Made by a program: the position numbers and the translations under genes. From Octopus sinensis (Eukaryota): 6,474 nucleotides of DNA. Below, piece after piece: positions 6,402 through 6,474 of the stretch (its first letter is position 1; every line of letters starts with the position of its first letter). A model generated the notes under the pieces. The model ran no database searches, was not told the origin of the DNA, and was given only the letters and a program-made list of their open reading frames with translations. Location: the NCBI RefSeq assembly GCF_006345805.1, contig NW_021829338.1, positions 1 to 6,474 on the forward strand. Reading direction: 5' to 3'.

Positions 6402-6474
6402 GGGGCATTTTCATGTTGCGATGTTGCCCCCCTAACTTTATGATGGTTTCGTAAGAAAATCTACGGTACGCTTT

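Overview
AT-rich, microsatellite-dense eukaryotic DNA with no credible host protein-coding gene. The interspersed repeats resemble, from recall and not checked by search, the SINE and mariner families of coleoid cephalopods (Octopus-like). In order, the window holds: a tandem duplication of a SINE 3' end (4-348); a tRNA-headed retroelement on the minus strand (~846-1144) whose tail carries a minimal hammerhead-ribozyme-like motif, abutted by an inverted, 5'-truncated second copy of that tail (1150-1274, resuming at ~1710-1757); a complete tRNA/CORE-type SINE (1275-1709, minus) inserted into that second arm; a long run of simple repeats (2118-4122); a decayed DD34D mariner transposon lacking its right TIR (4438-~5645); a SINE-like fragment; a 218-bp mariner-derived MITE (5842-6059); and a 113-bp composite tandem repeat. 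The most interesting observation is the tRNA head plus Penelope-type hammerhead tail in an inverted arrangement, which suggests a SINE mobilised by a Penelope-like element. All supplied ORFs except the two mariner remnants look like by-products of repeats.
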